A DNA stretch of 64,000 nt from Clostridia bacterium (GCA_017474045.1 JAFUHX010000031.1:25485-89484); one strand, 5' to 3'; counted from the first letter of the stretch, positions 39,449 to 49,177 are shown. The notes: generated by a model from the letters alone, not told the origin. A program made the numbers and translations.

Positions 39449-40466
39449 ATTCAGCCTCCTTAGAAAGAATGAATAAAGAAATCAATTCTGCTGTTTTCTC
39501 AACATCACATAAGTCAATAACCTCAACAGCAGTATGCATATTTCTGAGAGGAATTGATAATAACGCAGTTTTAACACCGCTTTTTGAAACGCAAATCTGG
39601 TCAGCATTTGTACCTGTTGTCCGAGACATTACATCATGCTGAAAATCAATTGAATTCTTCTTTGCCAACGAAATCAGCTCGTCTGTCAGTTCTCTGTTAA
39701 GAACCGGTGAAATTCCGATTGAAGCTCCGCCACCCAAAGAAATCGTTTCGCCGCCTTTAGAATAGTTTCGGTCGCTTCCAAAGCCAACATCAACCGCTAT
39801 TGCATAATCTGCGTCAAGAGCAAATGCTGCTGTTTTAGCGCCGGCGCCGCCAACCTCTTCCTGAGAAGAAAGCTGAAGGCAGAGCTTTACATTTTTTAGC
39901 TTGTCTTTGACCTTGTTTGCCGCAATAATTAAAGCTGCAACACCGCATCTGTCATCAAGAGCAGAGGACGCTATTTTATTACCAAGTAATTTTACCTGTT
40001 TTGAGCAAATAAGCCCTCTATCACCAAAGCTGATTATTTCTTCAGCCTCTTCTTTTGAAAGACATACATCAACTGCCATAGAAGAAATATCAACATTCTT
40101 TTTTTCATCGCCTTTTTGGAGATGAGGCGGACTTGAACATATTACACCTTTAATATTTTTCTTGCCAAAAAGTATAACTTCAGCACCAATAATAGTACGG
40201 CAATCTAAGCCGCCAACTTTATCAATCAAAATAAAACCGTTTTCATCAATCCCTCTTACCACAAGACCAACTCTGTCTATATGAGCATCAAGCAAAACGG
40301 TAACTTTTCCCTTTTCATTTGCAGTAGCAATAAGACTGCCGCTTTTTGTGTATTCAATATTCATGAAATTATTAATATATTTTTCAGCCACCTTGCAAGC
40401 GGCAAATTCATCACCCGGAGTTCCGTCGGCAGCTGCCAATGCAAAGCAGAGTTCATCAGTTTTCAT
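39438..40466 (-). CDS. M42 family metallopeptidase, paralogue of the downstream gene
   Basis: 342 aa: DAHIDRVGL, DDRCGV, QEEVGGAGA, NMHT. It overlaps the next M42 gene by 11 nt. Confidence 0.85.
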   Translation of the reverse strand: MKTDELCFALAAADGTPGDEFAACKVAEKYINNFMNIEYTKSGSLIATANEKGKVTVLLDAHIDRVGLVVRGIDENGFILIDKVGGLDCRTIIGAEVILFGKKNIKGVICSSPPHLQKGDEKKNVDISSMAVDVCLSKEEAEEIISFGDRGLICSKQVKLLGNKIASSALDDRCGVAALIIAANKVKDKLKNVKLCLQLSSQEEVGGAGAKTAAFALDADYAIAVDVGFGSDRNYSKGGETISLGGGASIGISPVLNRELTDELISLAKKNSIDFQHDVMSRTTGTNADQICVSKSGVKTALLSIPLRNMHTAVEVIDLCDVEKTAELISLFILSKEAEFDD

Positions 40467-40519
40467 AGTTCCACCTCGATATACTTAATCAGTATAATTA
40501 TAACCTCAACAATAAAAAA

Positions 40520-40566
40520 AATCAATAATAAAACCCGAAACACTATAGAAATAACAATGTTTCGGG
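40520..40566 (-). terminator. intrinsic terminator after the pyruvyl-transferase-like gene
   Basis: On the minus strand: CCCGAAACA-loop-TGTTTCGGG, followed by TTTTATTATTGATTTTTTTT. Confidence 0.6.
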
Positions 40567-40575
40567 TAATTAATA

Positions 40576-41775
40576 TTATTTTTTAAACATCTTTTTAAAT
40601 TTCATAAGAAATTTGCGTAATTTCAGTGCTGCTTTGATAATTCGACTGTTATAGGGAAAATCATCATTTTCAATACCGAGATCAAGTTGCTTGCGTAATA
40701 CCTTGTTTTCTTTTTCAAGCTTTGAAACCTTCTTTTTAAGGGACGCAATTTCACTACCGTCAAGGCGATGCTCGATTAAATAGGTATCGAGAGTATCATT
40801 CATTGTTTTGTTTTTCCAACGCAAAAATTCAACTTCAGAATATGTGGGCTTGAAAACCTCATCAGCTGTTTTTCCGTCAAGCGCTTTAGCTTCATCTATT
40901 GAACGATTGAGAATTTCAATGAGTTTTTCTCTGGTTTCTTTATAGTTATCAGGGTTAGCCGGCGGATTAAGCATGAAATCTTTAAATTCACCGTTAATAA
41001 CCTGCTCAGGATAAGCAGTATGCATCCACTTGTGATAAGGCTGGAAACGAGGAGAATTAAAGCCATGTCTGACAAGAAGAACAGGAGTTTCAAGAGCAAG
41101 GCATGGAAGTGAGCAGTGCAAACGGAAGGTAATTACACATTTAGCGTTCTGATAGGTATCAAGATATCTGATAACTTCAGCCTTACGTTCTTCCCACGAC
41201 ATATCAGTTGAAGCTTCAGGCCTTGTGGGCGGAAGACAAACAACATCAATTCCGGTTCCCTTTAGCTGTTTTTTAATTGCCTTTTCAACCTTCGGATCAA
41301 CACCAACAACACAAACATACTCTCTTTCGGGCTTTGGAATATCTCTTTTGGGAAGAGTTAAAGTACAACAGCCTGAGAAAAATGTTTTAATTCCAAACTT
41401 ATCAAAAGCTTCTTTAGTATAATAGTCGCGACAACCGATAGGTTCATACGCCTTTAAATAATTGAGGCCTTCGCCCGAAGAAACATATTCATATTTTGCG
41501 GGCATTCCTCTGGGTCTTCCTCGCTGAAGATCGCTATAATGAACACCTACCCAGATGGGATAAATATCTTTTGATGGTGGCCATTTCCATTTGTTCCACA
41601 TATACCACGCACTCATGATTGTTGCAACCGGCTCATGATTATCAGATTCAAAAGCTTCAAGATCTTCAATATCAACCATATAGTCAACAGAAGGTAAAAA
41701 TAAACTTTGAGCATAGGATTGAACGTCGTCACCGATATTTTTTGTAGTTTTTCTCCAAAGAACACCGTATTTCAT
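40576..41775 (-). CDS. polysaccharide pyruvyl transferase family protein with a C-terminal coiled-coil and basic amphipathic tail
   Basis: 399 aa with NIGDDVQ near the N-terminus, IGCRDYYT...FSGCCTL and RLHCSLPCLALETPVLLV (PF04230-like pattern, from memory). The C-terminus is SLKKKVSKLEKENKVLRKQL...KLRKFLMKFKKMFKK. Confidence 0.65.
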   Translation of the reverse strand: MKYGVLWRKTTKNIGDDVQSYAQSLFLPSVDYMVDIEDLEAFESDNHEPVATIMSAWYMWNKWKWPPSKDIYPIWVGVHYSDLQRGRPRGMPAKYEYVSSGEGLNYLKAYEPIGCRDYYTKEAFDKFGIKTFFSGCCTLTLPKRDIPKPEREYVCVVGVDPKVEKAIKKQLKGTGIDVVCLPPTRPEASTDMSWEERKAEVIRYLDTYQNAKCVITFRLHCSLPCLALETPVLLVRHGFNSPRFQPYHKWMHTAYPEQVINGEFKDFMLNPPANPDNYKETREKLIEILNRSIDEAKALDGKTADEVFKPTYSEVEFLRWKNKTMNDTLDTYLIEHRLDGSEIASLKKKVSKLEKENKVLRKQLDLGIENDDFPYNSRIIKAALKLRKFLMKFKKMFKK

Positions 41776-41820
41776 ATTTCACATCTCCATTCTCTTAAGA
41801 AAAAATCAGATTTAAGCAGT

Positions 41821-41857
41821 TAAATAAAACCGGACTGATAAAATTTTATAGTCCGGT
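41821..41857 (-). terminator. intrinsic terminator after secG
   Basis: On the minus strand: ACCGGACT-13 nt-AGTCCGGT, followed by TTTATTTA. Confidence 0.55.
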
Positions 41858-41870
41858 AAAGTATTTGAAG

Positions 41871-42122
41871 TTATGCGCTGAAAAGAACGAGTAAAGATGA
41901 AACAAGAGCAATGATAAAGAAAAGTACTCCGGCAATCTTTGTGAACTTTTCAAGTTTAGCTTCCATGGTTCTTCCTTTGTTTTTTCCAAAAAAGCTGTCA
42001 GCAGCACCGGCAATAGCACCTGAAAGACCCTGCTGTTTGCTTTCCTGAAGCACAACAAGAAGTATGATTACAATAGAAACAATAATTGTTAAAATAGCTA
42101 AAACAATTTGAAGAGCAGTCAT
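41871..42122 (-). CDS. secG: preprotein translocase subunit SecG
   Basis: From the ATG at 42122, which has GGAGG 8 nt upstream: MTALQIVLAILTIIVSIVIILLVVLQESKQQGLSGAIAG... It has two TM helices and the SecG signature. Confidence 0.85.
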   Translation of the reverse strand: MTALQIVLAILTIIVSIVIILLVVLQESKQQGLSGAIAGAADSFFGKNKGRTMEAKLEKFTKIAGVLFFIIALVSSLLVLFSA

Positions 42123-42188
42123 TACATAAACCTCCATAATTTTTTACTTTGGTATTCTATCACAAACACAATTAAAAAGTCAATAGAA

Positions 42189-43490
42189 TTATGCTTTTTG
42201 TTTTTTAGGCAAAAATGTTCCCTTGTTTTTTTCCGATGAGGGTTCTGCTTCGCCGTATTCAATAATAGGCTCAGCACCGTTTTCAACAACATCTTTGGTA
42301 ACAGTCAGCTTTTTGATGGACTTATCTGAAGGAATATTATACATATATTTCATCAGAAGATTTTCAATAACCGATCTTAAGCCTCTGGCACCGGTTTTAT
42401 ATTCAAGTGTTTTTTTAGCGATTGAAACCAATGCTTCTTTTTCAAAAACGAGCTCTACTCCATCCATTTCAAAAAGATATTGATATTGTCTTACGATTGC
42501 GTTTTTCGGTTCTGTCATTATTCTGACAAGGGCAGATTCGTCAAGAGATTCGAGAGAAGCAATTACAGGAAGTCTTCCCACTAATTCAGGAATAATTCCA
42601 TATTTAACAAGGTCATGATGAACAACCTGGCCAACAAGATTGCTAAGTTCAAGCTCAGCCTTGGTTTTGATTTCGGCACCGAAGCCAAGACCTGACTTCC
42701 CTTTTCTTTTCTCAATAATCTTTTCAATGCCGTCAAAAGCTCCGGCACAGATGAAAAGAATGTTTGTTGTGTCAATCTGAATGAACTCTTGCTGAGGATG
42801 TTTTCTTCCGCCCTGAGGTGGAACATTGGAAACGGTTCCTTCAACAATTTTCAAAAGAGCTTGCTGAACGCCTTCACCGCTGACATCACGTGTGATTGAT
42901 GTGCTTTCAGACTTGCGGGCAATTTTATCGATTTCATCGACATAAATAATTCCGCGTTCTGCCTTTTCAACATCAAAATCAGCAGCCTGAATCAGTCTGA
43001 GAAGAATGTTTTCAACGTCTTCACCAACATATCCGGCCTCAGTAAGTGTTGTTGCATCAGCAATGGCAAAAGGAACATCAAGAATTTTGGCAAGCGTTTG
43101 AGCGAGCATAGTCTTGCCTACACCTGTGGTTCCAAGCATTAAAATGTTGCTTTTGGTTATTTCAACATCGCTGATATTTTTAGAATAAATTCGTTTATAG
43201 TGGTTATAAACAGCCACGCTCAAAACTTCCTTGGCTTTGTCTTGTCCGATAACATACTCATCAAGCTTCGCTTTGATTTCATGTGGCTTCGGAAGATTGG
43301 AAAAATCGTTCTTTGCGGGCTTTTTCTTTTTTGCGTTTGGTGCTTCGTCAATAATGGACTGACAAAGATCAACACATTCGTCGCAAATATAAACGCCCGG
43401 ACCTGCAATCAGAGTTCCGACATCATTTTGCGGCTTGTTGCAAAATGAACAACGAACAGACTTGTCTCTGTTTTCGTCGTCTCTTGCCAT
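42189..43490 (-). CDS. clpX: ATP-dependent Clp protease ATP-binding subunit ClpX
   Basis: 433 aa with an N-terminal zinc finger (CSFCNK...CDEC), Walker A GTTGVGKT, Walker [10 protein letters not shown] and an IGF-like loop (GLGFGA). Confidence 0.95.
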   Translation of the reverse strand: MARDDENRDKSVRCSFCNKPQNDVGTLIAGPGVYICDECVDLCQSIIDEAPNAKKKKPAKNDFSNLPKPHEIKAKLDEYVIGQDKAKEVLSVAVYNHYKRIYSKNISDVEITKSNILMLGTTGVGKTMLAQTLAKILDVPFAIADATTLTEAGYVGEDVENILLRLIQAADFDVEKAERGIIYVDEIDKIARKSESTSITRDVSGEGVQQALLKIVEGTVSNVPPQGGRKHPQQEFIQIDTTNILFICAGAFDGIEKIIEKRKGKSGLGFGAEIKTKAELELSNLVGQVVHHDLVKYGIIPELVGRLPVIASLESLDESALVRIMTEPKNAIVRQYQYLFEMDGVELVFEKEALVSIAKKTLEYKTGARGLRSVIENLLMKYMYNIPSDKSIKKLTVTKDVVENGAEPIIEYGEAEPSSEKNKGTFLPKKQKA

Positions 43491-43507
43491 TATATCAACC
43501 CCTTTGT

Positions 43508-44089
43508 TTATCTCTTGGTAAGAATCTTATCAATAAGACCGTATTCAAGAGCTTGCTCAGCAGTCATATAGTTATCGCGCTCTGTATCTGCGGCAATTTC
43601 TTCAATAGACTTGCCTGTGTTTTCAGCAAGAATTTTATTGAGCTTATCTCTTGTTCTGAGAATATTTTCAGCAACGATCTTAATTTCGGTCGCCTGACCC
43701 TGAGCTCCGCCTAAGGGCTGATGGATCATAACCTCGCTGTTTGGAAGAGCATATCTTTTGCCCTTTGTTCCGGCAGAAAGCAAAAATGCACCCATACTTG
43801 CAGCCATTCCCATGCAGATTGTTGCAACATCACACTTGATGTATTGCATAGTGTCATAAATAGCCATACCAGCGGTAACACTTCCACCGGGGCTGTTAAT
43901 ATAAAAGCTGATATCTTTTTCGCTGTCTTTTGATTCAAGATATAACAACTGAGCCACAACAAGACTTGCAGTCTGGTCATTCACCTGGTCGGAAAGAACA
44001 ATAATTCTGTCTTCAAGAAGGCGGGAAAAAATATCATACTGACGCTCACCGCGGCTAGTCTGATCAACAACATAAGGTACTAAAGGCAT
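43508..44089 (-). CDS. clpP: ATP-dependent Clp protease proteolytic subunit
   Basis: 193 aa: [29 protein letters not shown] (catalytic Ser), MIHQP (catalytic His). Confidence 0.95.
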   Translation of the reverse strand: MPLVPYVVDQTSRGERQYDIFSRLLEDRIIVLSDQVNDQTASLVVAQLLYLESKDSEKDISFYINSPGGSVTAGMAIYDTMQYIKCDVATICMGMAASMGAFLLSAGTKGKRYALPNSEVMIHQPLGGAQGQATEIKIVAENILRTRDKLNKILAENTGKSIEEIAADTERDNYMTAEQALEYGLIDKILTKR

Positions 44090-44123
44090 TAATATTCCTC
44101 CTTAAATTATCAAATATATTAAT

Positions 44124-44155
44124 GTTGAAACTGCTATAAAAATAACAGTTTCAAC
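44124..44155 (-). terminator. hairpin after tig (weak terminator or attenuator)
   Basis: GTTGAAACTG-12 nt-CAGTTTCAAC, a 10-bp stem. The downstream tail is only AT-rich (ATTAATATATTT). Confidence 0.4.
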
Positions 44156-44192
44156 AAAATTAGTCTTTACCGAAAAGAGCCGGAATAATCAA

Positions 44193-45509
44193 TTATTCAG
44201 CAGACTCTTCCTCTGTTTCTTCAGTTTCTTCTGTTTCGGTTACAACAGCGTTATCAATTACGAACTTAACAGCCTTGTTGAAAAGAAGATCTTTCTTAAG
44301 GTTTTCAGCAGGAACTGCAGCCTTAACCTGATCAACTTCCATTGAATACTGCTGAGCAAATTTCTCGTATTCAGCTTCAATTTCTTCATCAGGAACTTCA
44401 AGAGCTTCTGTTTCAGCAATTTTTTCAAGAGCAAGACGGATTTTAACGTTGTTTTCTGCACCGTCTTTTGCACTTTCTCTATATTGCTCAATTGTCATTC
44501 CTGTATATTTAAGATACATATCAAAGCTCATGCCCTGAGAGGAGAATCTGTAGTCAAGATCTCTGATCTGGTTGTCAATTTCGCTGTCAACCATAACATA
44601 AGGAATTTCACCTTCAACGTTTTCAGCGAGCTTTTCAAGAAGCTGCTGTTCAACTTCTCTTTCTGAAGCTGATTTCTTTTCTTCAGCTATTTCATCGTTA
44701 AGCTGCTTTTCAAGGTCAGCAACAGTATCGCAATCTGCAGCATCCTGAGCAAATTCATCGTTGATTTCGGGAAGCTCTTTTACTTTGATTTCATGAAGCT
44801 TACATTTGAACACAGCTTCTTTTCCTGCGAGGTCTTCAACATACTGCTCGGGGAAAGTTACATTAACATCGAATTCTTCGCCAATGTTATGGCCAACAAT
44901 CTGCTCTTCAAAGCCGGGAATAAACTGTCCGCTTCCGAGAGTGAGTTCATAGTTTTCACCTTTTCCGCCTTCAAAAGCAACGCCGTCAACAAAGCCCTCA
45001 AAATCAATAACAGTAATGTCGCCATCCTGAGCAGCTCTGTCTTCAACAGCAGAAATTCTTGAATTTCTTTCAACGAGAGCATCCATTCTTGCTTTAACTT
45101 CGTCTTCAGAAACAACAACTTTTTTGGTTGAAGCTTCAAGTCCTTTATATGCTGTAACGTTGATTTCGGGCTTTGTGAAAACATCAACCGTGATTTCAAC
45201 ACCGTCTTTGCCGATCTCTTTAATGTCAGCCTTATCGGTTCCCACAACATCAAGACCTGACTCAGTAATTGCAGCTTCAACTTCTTCAGCGTAGCAGATG
45301 TTAAGAGCATCTTCATAGAGGAAGCCTTCACCATAGAATTTAGCAGCCATACCTCTTGTTACCTTACCCTTGCGGAAGCCGGGAATTGATATTTTGTTTT
45401 TCATTTTAGCAAAAGCTTTCTGTTGAGCTTCCTCAAATTTTTCTGCACTGATTGAAACTTCAAGAGTCCAAAGATTTGCTTTTTCTGTTTTTGTTGATGA
45501 TTTTAACAT
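44193..45509 (-). CDS. tig: trigger factor
   Basis: 438 aa with the ribosome-binding motif GFRKGK, a central FKBP-type PPIase and an acidic C-terminus. It lies upstream of clpP-clpX. Confidence 0.95.
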   Translation of the reverse strand: MLKSSTKTEKANLWTLEVSISAEKFEEAQQKAFAKMKNKISIPGFRKGKVTRGMAAKFYGEGFLYEDALNICYAEEVEAAITESGLDVVGTDKADIKEIGKDGVEITVDVFTKPEINVTAYKGLEASTKKVVVSEDEVKARMDALVERNSRISAVEDRAAQDGDITVIDFEGFVDGVAFEGGKGENYELTLGSGQFIPGFEEQIVGHNIGEEFDVNVTFPEQYVEDLAGKEAVFKCKLHEIKVKELPEINDEFAQDAADCDTVADLEKQLNDEIAEEKKSASEREVEQQLLEKLAENVEGEIPYVMVDSEIDNQIRDLDYRFSSQGMSFDMYLKYTGMTIEQYRESAKDGAENNVKIRLALEKIAETEALEVPDEEIEAEYEKFAQQYSMEVDQVKAAVPAENLKKDLLFNKAVKFVIDNAVVTETEETEETEEESAE

Positions 45510-45623
45510 TTTTTCATACTCCTGTCATCATAATATTTAGGGCGGAAAAACACTCAATCCAACCCATTATAAATTTATACCATGGTATTATATCAGCTAT
45601 TTTCAAAAAATACCATACCTTTT

Positions 45624-46316
45624 TTAAAATTTTTCGATTAATTTCGGACAAAAACCTAAGAAATCTGAAGAAATAAGCGAAAATTTAATTCCTTCGTATT
45701 CGCCGTTAAAGGCAAGATTAACGGACTGCGCGTGAAGGTGACCGTAATAACAGCGTTTAATTTTGTTTCTTTTTAAAACATCGATAATCTCTTTGCAGCT
45801 CTGAGACTGCATAAGAGGAGGATAATGAAGAAAGGCAATTTTCTCTCCTTCATACTCATCAGCGAAATCAAAGGAAAGCTGAAGCCTACCTGCTTCGCGG
45901 TTTAAAACCTTCATATCGGCATCGGTTTCAGCATCATAAAACCAACCTCTGCTTCCGCATATTACAAAATCATCTACTTTATACGCATTATTAAAAAGAA
46001 TCTTTATGGTTTTGAAATTGTTTTTTTCTAAGAATTCATCAAGCTTCTTTTTCGTCTGCCACCAATAATCATGATTGCCTTTTAAAATAATTTTTTCACC
46101 GGGGAGGCTTTCAAGAAATGAGAAGTCTTTTATTGCGTCTTCAATTTTCATAGCCCAGGAAATATCGCCGGCAACTACAACAGTATCTTTTTCGGAAACA
46201 ACTGCACGCCACTGTTTTTCAAGTCTTTCAACATAATTATCCCAACCTTTGAAAACATCCATGGGTTTGTTGCATGAAAAAGACAGATGTGTGTCTCCGA
46301 TTGCAAAAAGTGACAT
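45624..46316 (-). CDS. metallophosphoesterase (calcineurin-like)
   Basis: From the ATG at 46316, which has GGAGGAG upstream: MSLFAIGDTHLS, then GDISW, GNHDYWW and GHLH. The track's longer start at 46352 would lie inside the thrC terminator hairpin. Confidence 0.8.
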   Translation of the reverse strand: MSLFAIGDTHLSFSCNKPMDVFKGWDNYVERLEKQWRAVVSEKDTVVVAGDISWAMKIEDAIKDFSFLESLPGEKIILKGNHDYWWQTKKKLDEFLEKNNFKTIKILFNNAYKVDDFVICGSRGWFYDAETDADMKVLNREAGRLQLSFDFADEYEGEKIAFLHYPPLMQSQSCKEIIDVLKRNKIKRCYYGHLHAQSVNLAFNGEYEGIKFSLISSDFLGFCPKLIEKF

Positions 46317-46337
46317 AAGACTCCTCCTTTCTTTACG

Positions 46338-46360
46338 CCAAAAGAAGCCCAACGGGCTTC
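46338..46360 (-). terminator. intrinsic terminator after thrC
   Basis: On the minus strand: GAAGCCC-GTT-GGGCTTC, followed by TTTTGG. Confidence 0.55.
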
Positions 46361-46368
46361 TCAGGTTT

Positions 46369-47865
46369 TTATTTTATTCCGAGCATTGCATAAACCATTT
46401 CAATCATGTCTTCTTTATTGCATACATCATTGAAACGAACCTTTTTATCGCTGAGGTTAGCAAGCTGGGCAGGACATTCAACACCTGTTGCCCTGATGAG
46501 AAGCTCAACCTGTTCAAATTCGTCAGCGCCCTCGGGTATTTCATCGCCAACAGCCTTAAGAACAGCAGCTGAGAACTTATAGGGGTTAGCAGTTGAAGCG
46601 ATTACCGTTTCGGTTTTGTCGCCGGTTCTTGCAACATATTCTTCAAACACTTTAATTGCAACAGCTGTATGTGTGTCGCAAAGATAGCCTTCTTTATAGG
46701 TTTTGCCGATTGTTTCAGCAGTCATTGCATCGTTACAGCAGCCTGCATCAAAAAGTGAAAGAATTTTTTCTTTAACATCAGAATCAACAGAATAAACACC
46801 TTCAGTTGAAAGAAGCTTCATCCAATTGCTGATTTTTTTATCATCTTCGCCTGAAAGATGGAACAGAAGTCTTTCAAGATTAGAAGAAATAAGAATATCC
46901 ATTGAAGGCGAAGTCGTTGCAAAAAACTTTCTGTTTTTATCATAAGTTCCGCTTGTGAGGAAATCAGTTAAAACATTATTTGCATTTGAAGCACAAATAA
47001 GCTTTTTAACGGGAATACCCATAAGCTTAGCATAATAAGCAGCAAGAATGTTTCCGAAATTTCCCGTGGGAACAACAACATTGATTTCATCTCCGTTTTC
47101 AATTGTTCCGTTTTCAATAAGGTCGGCGTAAGCAGAAATATAATAGACAATCTGAGGAACAAGTCTTCCCCAGTTAATTGAGTTTGCCGAAGAGAACATC
47201 ATTGAGTTTTCGGCAAGCTTTGCAGAAACTTCCTTATCTGTGAAAATTGCTTTAACACCACTTTGAGCATCATCAAAATTGCCGTTGATTGCGCAAACGC
47301 TGACGTTAGAGCCCTCCTGAGTTGTCATCTGAAGCTTTTGCATGGGGCTGACACCGTCATTGGGATAAAAGACCATGATTTTTGTTCCGGGAACATCTTT
47401 AAAGCCTTCCAATGCAGCTTTTCCGGTATCGCCTGAGGTTGCAACAAGAATAACAATTGTTTTGTCTGCAACAGTCTTTTTTGCAGCAACAGTAAGCAAA
47501 TAAGGAAGAAGCTGAAGAGCCATGTCTTTAAAAGCACATGTGGGGCCGCGCCAAAGCTCAAGAACATTTCCGCCGTCAGCAATTTTTTTAATGGGTGAAA
47601 CTTTTTCACTGCTGAATTTTCCTTCAGCATAAGCTCCGCTGACACAAAAATCAATTTCTTCCTCAGTAAAATCAGTAAGATAGAGAGAAAGAACCTTTTT
47701 TGCTCTTGAAATATAATCAAGACCAACAAGACTGTTTATAAAATCTTTATCGATTTCAGGAATTGATTCAGGAACAAAAAGACCTCCGTCGGCTGAAATT
47801 CCCTGAGCAATTGCCTGAGATGAAGAAACACGAACGCTTTTATCTCTTGTACTTGTATAAAGCAT
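46369..47865 (-). CDS. thrC: threonine synthase (long form)
   Basis: 498 aa: MLYTSTRD, the PLP-lysine context CAFKDMALQ, and TSGDTG. Confidence 0.9.
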   Translation of the reverse strand: MLYTSTRDKSVRVSSSQAIAQGISADGGLFVPESIPEIDKDFINSLVGLDYISRAKKVLSLYLTDFTEEEIDFCVSGAYAEGKFSSEKVSPIKKIADGGNVLELWRGPTCAFKDMALQLLPYLLTVAAKKTVADKTIVILVATSGDTGKAALEGFKDVPGTKIMVFYPNDGVSPMQKLQMTTQEGSNVSVCAINGNFDDAQSGVKAIFTDKEVSAKLAENSMMFSSANSINWGRLVPQIVYYISAYADLIENGTIENGDEINVVVPTGNFGNILAAYYAKLMGIPVKKLICASNANNVLTDFLTSGTYDKNRKFFATTSPSMDILISSNLERLLFHLSGEDDKKISNWMKLLSTEGVYSVDSDVKEKILSLFDAGCCNDAMTAETIGKTYKEGYLCDTHTAVAIKVFEEYVARTGDKTETVIASTANPYKFSAAVLKAVGDEIPEGADEFEQVELLIRATGVECPAQLANLSDKKVRFNDVCNKEDMIEMVYAMLGIK

Positions 47866-47909
47866 TATTATTACCTCCGTTTTAAAATTCCTTGTTATAA
47901 TAACACAAA

Positions 47910-48716
47910 TTATTTAACTTGTAAAACATTATTGAAAAAATTTTCTGCATTTTTGAAAAAAATCTTTTCAAGAATGCTTTTTTCAAGACCTTTTAAGCGC
48001 AAAAAATTATAAAGATGAATGACTTTTTTGTCTGAATTAAGGAAAACACTCATTTTGGCGCCGTCAAAATCACTACCGATTGCAATATTATCCTCAGCTC
48101 CGAATTTAAGAAGATAAATAATATTTTTATAAATGTTTTCAAAAACAAATCCGTTTCCTAAAAACAGCGGATAAAAATTCAATCCGATTATTCCTGAGGA
48201 AGAAACAATTTCTTTAATCTGCCAATCTTTCAGATTCCGTTCGTTTTTGCAAATACTGTAACAATTACTATGAGAAGCGGCAAACGGCTTTCTTGAAACT
48301 GACAAAAAATCTGAAAAGCTTTTTTCGTTAAGGTGAGATACATCAACAACGATTTTTTCATTTTCCATTTCTTTTATGGCGGATTTTCCGAAGGCAGTCA
48401 AACCTTTTTTGCTTTTCACACCGCCGGCAAGACTGTTTTCAAAATTCCATGTTAAAGAAGCCATAACTACTCCCCTTTTCTTCCAACGAGAAATATTTTC
48501 CGTTGAACCACCAAAAGAAGATGCGTTTTCCAATGTAAGAACAAAGGGATAATCAGTTTTCTTCAAAAAATAATCATTACAGAAATGAAACATATCTGTT
48601 GATTTTAAAAAAGCGTCTTTTTCACTTAAAGAATCATCAATAAAAAGAGCAAAACATTGTTTTCGTTTGTTAAAGCAAGAAGATTTTTTCAAACTAACCT
48701 CTAATGATGAAAACAT
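47910..48716 (-). CDS. M19 (renal-dipeptidase-like) dipeptidase. The coordinates run from the first ATG, but the real N-terminus probably lies upstream (see findings)
   Basis: 268 aa from the ATG, with metal-ligand contexts LTLENAS, DVSHLN and ASHSN. The same frame stays open upstream to 48812 and encodes ...LFTNYFDLHCDSVEKAY, which contains the family HxD zinc motif, but it has no ATG/GTG/TTG. Confidence 0.75.
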   Translation of the reverse strand: MFSSLEVSLKKSSCFNKRKQCFALFIDDSLSEKDAFLKSTDMFHFCNDYFLKKTDYPFVLTLENASSFGGSTENISRWKKRGVVMASLTWNFENSLAGGVKSKKGLTAFGKSAIKEMENEKIVVDVSHLNEKSFSDFLSVSRKPFAASHSNCYSICKNERNLKDWQIKEIVSSSGIIGLNFYPLFLGNGFVFENIYKNIIYLLKFGAEDNIAIGSDFDGAKMSVFLNSDKKVIHLYNFLRLKGLEKSILEKIFFKNAENFFNNVLQVK

Positions 48717-48790
48717 CTTATTGTTTTGTAGTCTGTATGCCTTTTCAACACTGTCACAATGTAAATCAAAATAATTCGTAAAAAGACCCC

Positions 48791-49177
48791 TTAACAGTTG
48801 GATTTTCCGCCAAAGCTCTCATCATATTGGAAAGCGTTTTCAATATGATTGAATTTAAAAATTTTTCCGTTATGATGAAGAACTTCAAAAACATCAAACC
48901 TCGGTTGTTTTCTCATTCCATTTTCTGAAAGATATTTAATTGCAGTAAGAGCAATTTTTCTTTGCTTGGAATAGTCAACCGCATCCCTGGCTTCGCCTAT
49001 TTTTTTATCGCTTCTTGTTTTAACTTCAACAAAAACAAGAAAGTTTTCGTTTTCAACAATTAAATCAATTTCACCATTTCTTGAATGATAGTTTCTTTCG
49101 AGAATAAAAAAACCTCTTTTTTTGAAATAATTACAGCAAAAATCTTCGCCGATTTTTCCGATATCACCTTGATTCAT
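48791..49177 (-). CDS. yraN: YraN family (UPF0102) endonuclease-like protein
   Basis: 128 aa: GE...YF...GF.ILERNY....GEIDLIV......VFVEVKTR. It lies downstream of rnhB. Confidence 0.85.
   Translation of the reverse strand: MNQGDIGKIGEDFCCNYFKKRGFFILERNYHSRNGEIDLIVENENFLVFVEVKTRSDKKIGEARDAVDYSKQRKIALTAIKYLSENGMRKQPRFDVFEVLHHNGKIFKFNHIENAFQYDESFGGKSNC

Noticed and set aside
44090-44192. A CtsR operator (direct heptad repeat (A/G)GTCAAA) upstream of clpP.
   Set aside because: I found no GGTCAAA-type repeat in the tig-clpP spacer, only the hairpin already listed.
44858-45334. A 158-aa alternative-frame ORF inside tig. Similar long internal ORFs lie in thrC (47325-47729), the DUF2461 gene (36977-37405) and gdpP (3564-3920).
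   Set aside because: They are same-strand, out-of-frame ORFs with Leu/Lys/Ser-rich, motif-free translations. That is expected by chance in AT-rich coding DNA, and each is fully nested in a well-supported gene.
45585-45623. An ATGGTATT...AATACCAT stem downstream of the metallophosphoesterase gene, considered as a terminator.
   Set aside because: The stem is 8 bp with a ~19-nt loop and has no U-tract. It may simply overlap the tig promoter region.
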